Positions 61,063-64,000 of a stretch of DNA of 64,000 bases are shown here, in pieces (position 1 is the stretch's first letter; every line of letters begins with the position of its first letter). The stretch is from Candidatus Bathyarchaeota archaeon (GTDB lineage Archaea > Thermoproteota > Bathyarchaeia > Bathyarchaeales > Bathycorpusculaceae): contig CAWABA010000006.1 of the NCBI GenBank assembly GCA_963780185.1, positions 640,001 through 704,000 on the forward strand, written 5' to 3'. The notes beneath the pieces were generated by a model that did not search any database, was not told the DNA's origin, and saw nothing but the letters and a program-made list of their open reading frames with translations. A program made the translations under genes and the position numbers.

Positions 61063-61857
61063 ATGGTAACTATCTTAATGCGTATTTCATGCGAAGACAC
61101 GATGTCGGCGGCAAGGTCAATTTGGGTAAGCCGAGAAACAGCCGACGTCGTCGGCGCAAACGCATTTCAAATCCTCGTCAGAGCCTCAGATGCCAACATC
61201 AGGTTCTTCAGCGGGAAAGCATCAAAAAGCCTCCTAGGCGGCTTGTTTTACCTTTTAGGACACAGATTCAACGCGGAAATGACGCAGAAGCAAATCGCGA
61301 TGCAACTAGGCATCTCAGAAGTTTCAGTCAGAAGATCATACAAAGACTGGCTCAACATGTACCCGTATTTTTTCATGGATTTAGCATCCAAAATGAAAGC
61401 GCCCCACACCACAACAAAAAAGAGCATGCCGAAAAAGAAACCTGCCCTCTCTGCCGAACGCCTCTACATCAAAGCCTGCGCCACGCCCTCCTTCAACGAT
61501 CTGCTGCTTGAAGCCGTTGACGACTCATTATCTATCTTAAGCAAAACAGTAAAAATTGCCTTGTACAACCATCTGGAAAACAACTTCCAAATCAAAAAAG
61601 AAGATATCCCCGTTAAAATCGGTGCATTCTCAAACGCGCTTGAAGGCATATTCGGCGAAATCGGTTCAAGGCACATAGAAATCCTCATCATGAAAAAACT
61701 CTTTGAAAAACTCAAAACCAAATACAAATGGGCCGCCTTCAAATTATCCTCCCGTGAAATGCTTGCTCCAGGAGTAACCTTCAAAGGATACATCATGCTG
61801 GCTCGACAGAACTTCGAAACAAAAAACAGCGGCAAAACCGAAATAGCCCTGACTTAA
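61063..61857 (+). CDS. TFB C-terminal cyclin/HTH-like domain fused to DUF3227/NitrOD5-like domain
   Basis: GK....L.GGLFY...TQKQIA..LGISEVSVRRSY; LLEAVDDSLS.L...IP.KI..FSNALE.IFG. Confidence 0.65.
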   Translation: MVTILMRISCEDTMSAARSIWVSRETADVVGANAFQILVRASDANIRFFSGKASKSLLGGLFYLLGHRFNAEMTQKQIAMQLGISEVSVRRSYKDWLNMYPYFFMDLASKMKAPHTTTKKSMPKKKPALSAERLYIKACATPSFNDLLLEAVDDSLSILSKTVKIALYNHLENNFQIKKEDIPVKIGAFSNALEGIFGEIGSRHIEILIMKKLFEKLKTKYKWAAFKLSSREMLAPGVTFKGYIMLARQNFETKNSGKTEIALT

Positions 61858-61922
61858 AAAAACGAAATCCGCGTCTTTGAAAGAAAAAGAAGCGGCGAAA
61901 AGTCTGGGAAAACCTTTGCCGA

Positions 61923-62747
61923 TTACGGTTTGGATGCTGAAACGCTTATGCTTACAACGGTGTTTGCGGCTTGCTTCACTTCTTCAAGCGTCATTCCCAG
62001 GTGGCTAATCGTTTCTTTGGTTTCAGGTTCGCTTATGATGTAGTCAAGCGGGTAAACTTTTTCCTGCAGAACCTTCACGTCCACGAACCCAGCCTTGCGA
62101 ATCAACTCAAGGTATTTGTCTTTGATTTCGGCGCCTGAAATGCATGCCGCGTAGGCTTCAACGTTTTTCTGGATAGCTTCAGGCAACGCCTTCAACAGCA
62201 CAATGTCTGAAACCATCAAGCGACCCTGTGAAGCAAGAACCCTGAAGGCTTCCTCGAAAACCCGTTTCTTGTTCGGCGCAAGGTTGATGACGCAGTTCGA
62301 AATTATCACGTCAACAGAGTTGTCTGCCACAGGCAGGTTCTCGATTTCTCCTAGCCGGAACTCGACGTTTTTGTACTTGCCTTTTGCCGCGTTTGAGCGG
62401 GCTTTATCAAGCATTTCCGCAGTCATATCAACCCCGATTACCTTTCCGCTCTCACCGACTTTTTTGGCTGCTAAGAAACAATCAAAGCCGCCGCCTGAAC
62501 CCAAATCCAAAACACGCTCACCCATTTTCAGGGAAGCCAACGCCGTGGGGTTGCCGCAGCCTAAGCCAAGGTTTGCTCCGTCTGGAACCGCCTTCACGTC
62601 GGCGTCGGTGTACCCGATCATTTTGCTTACTTGCGGGTCGGCTGCTGCTGAGCAACTGCATCCGCTTGATGCGCAACTTGAACCACGGGTTTTAGCTGCT
62701 TTCGCATAACGTTTTCTAACTATTTTTTTGACTTGTTCTTCGTTCAT
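61923..62747 (-). CDS. arsM: arsenite methyltransferase
   Basis: ANLGLGCGNP, VLDLGSGGGFDC, IISNCVINL, AACISGA, Cys-rich N-terminus. Confidence 0.92.
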   Translation of the reverse strand: MNEEQVKKIVRKRYAKAAKTRGSSCASSGCSCSAAADPQVSKMIGYTDADVKAVPDGANLGLGCGNPTALASLKMGERVLDLGSGGGFDCFLAAKKVGESGKVIGVDMTAEMLDKARSNAAKGKYKNVEFRLGEIENLPVADNSVDVIISNCVINLAPNKKRVFEEAFRVLASQGRLMVSDIVLLKALPEAIQKNVEAYAACISGAEIKDKYLELIRKAGFVDVKVLQEKVYPLDYIISEPETKETISHLGMTLEEVKQAANTVVSISVSASKP

Positions 62748-63001
62748 TTTTCTGTCTCCTGTTTGGTGACTCCTTTAAGCATTGGACCAAGCGTTTTGGT
62801 TACGGCACCTGCCAGCTTTTCGGCTTTCATAAGCATGATGCAGCAGACCTCCCCGTTTTTTTCTGAGGCTACGACGGCGATTTTGTCGCTTGGTTTGAAG
62901 TTTGCTTTTTCCCGTAGGTCTTTGGGGAGGACGATTTGTCCTTTGGAATCCATTGTGACTATTGCATCTATTCTGCAGGTGTCGCTATCGCATTCAGTCA
63001 T
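62744..63001 (-). CDS. Cys-rich AbrB-family protein (HgcC / HgcAB-associated type)
   Basis: CRIDAIVTMDSKGQIVLPKDLREKA...GEVCCIML.KA; ATGA-coupled to arsM. Confidence 0.8.
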   Translation of the reverse strand: MTECDSDTCRIDAIVTMDSKGQIVLPKDLREKANFKPSDKIAVVASEKNGEVCCIMLMKAEKLAGAVTKTLGPMLKGVTKQETEK

Positions 63002-63174
63002 CTTTTCACCAAAACATGGAATGTGCGTTTATGGATTTAAGGTTTTCTGAAAAATAAGAAAAATCTGAATCGGCAGCTTTGTGTTGATTCTACCCAAAAA
63101 AAGAATTTTCTTACCAATCAACTTAAATATTCGCTCCCTGACCTCAATATCCCTTATTCAAGTGAGCGCCTAAG

Positions 63175-64000
63175 ATGGATAAACCCAAACCCCGCCTTTC
63201 ATGGCTCAGTAAATTCCTGACACTTTGGATATTTGTTGCAATGCTAGCAGGAGTCCTCATCGGCTACGCTTACCCGCAAACCGCCACAACCATAGGCTCA
63301 CTGAGCATCGGAACAACCTCAATTCCAATCGCGGTCGGACTCATCTGGATGATGTACCCGCCGCTGGCAAGAGTCCGATACGAAGACCTAAAAAAAGTAG
63401 TCACGGCAAAAGGATCAAAAACCATGTTTGCCGAATCAATTTCACTGAACTGGGTAATTGGTCCTCTGCTAATGTTTGTTTTAGCTTGGGTGTTTCTTGG
63501 GAATTACCCTGCACTTAGAAACGGCATAATCCTCATCGGCTTGGCACGTTGCATCGCGATGGTCATCGTTTGGAGTAACCTAGCTGAAGCCGACAATGAG
63601 TGGACAGCCATACTTGTTGCGGTAAACTCGGTTTTTCAAATCGTTATGTACTCCGTTCTCGCCTTCTTTTACATAACTATTGCGAGTTCTTGGATTTCGG
63701 GAACAGGCCAAGTCGTGAACATTTCCCTGTTGCAGGTTGCTCAATCCGTGGCTATTTACCTGGGGGTCCCGTTCTTCGCGGGTGTCATAACACGCTTCTA
63801 CTTCTTAAAAACCAAGGGAAAAGACTGGTACGAAAACCTGATACGAAAACTTGGGCACACCTCATTGATTGCTTTGCTGTTCACCATAGTTGTTATGTTT
63901 TCGCTTAAGGGTCAATTCATCGTGAGTTTGCCGTTAGATGTTGTCAGGGTCGCCATTCCGCTCTTGGTGTATTTCGTTGCGATGTTTTCCGTAGCTTTCA
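63175..64000 (+). CDS. acr3: ACR3 family arsenite efflux transporter, partial at window edge
   Basis: KFLTLWIF.AM, IPIAVGLIWMMYPPLARV, LNWVIGP.LMF, GLARCIAMV.VW, YLGVP. Confidence 0.92.
   Translation, partial: MDKPKPRLSWLSKFLTLWIFVAMLAGVLIGYAYPQTATTIGSLSIGTTSIPIAVGLIWMMYPPLARVRYEDLKKVVTAKGSKTMFAESISLNWVIGPLLMFVLAWVFLGNYPALRNGIILIGLARCIAMVIVWSNLAEADNEWTAILVAVNSVFQIVMYSVLAFFYITIASSWISGTGQVVNISLLQVAQSVAIYLGVPFFAGVITRFYFLKTKGKDWYENLIRKLGHTSLIALLFTIVVMFSLKGQFIVSLPLDVVRVAIPLLVYFVAMFSVAF

Noticed and set aside
629-63908. Numerous 60-215-aa ORFs antisense or out-of-frame to recognised genes (e.g. 26200-26847, 32968-33552, 63225-63518)
   Set aside because: Shadow ORFs of well-supported genes, with no independent motifs

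Overview
Archaeal chromosomal window, most likely Bathyarchaeia (inferred from tgtA, TFS, SmAP3-type Lsm, PAC2, EndA, an aRF1-like gene, presenilin and frequent TTG starts). Housekeeping genes (asnS, hisS, endA, mtnA, glmM-glmU, tgtA, beta-CASP RNase) alternate with accessory blocks: an ATP-driven Fe-S reductase operon (5.9-10.2 kb), TA modules, a defence-like island (17.6-23.2 kb), secreted proteins, a helicase IV island and an arsenic locus at the right edge. The most striking structure is a 6.4-kb segment (11025-17418) bounded by inward-facing 231-bp inverted repeats. Each repeat has a 125-bp identical core carrying helically phased 10-11-bp motifs. The segment encodes an orphan large terminase with a small partner gene, a MinD/ParA ATPase and two HTH proteins, but no portal, capsid, integrase or transposase. 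Other candidates are a long structured RNA leader before tfs, a double-cubane reductase paired with BzdPQ-like activases, an aRF1 paralogue lacking GGQ and NIKS, and a TM-HEPN protein. Many single-base frameshifts, including in essential genes, cluster at 29.6-35.3 kb and probably reflect sequencing error, so pseudogene calls are tentative. No tRNA, rRNA or CRISPR array was seen. All family assignments come from motif recognition by eye, not database searches.
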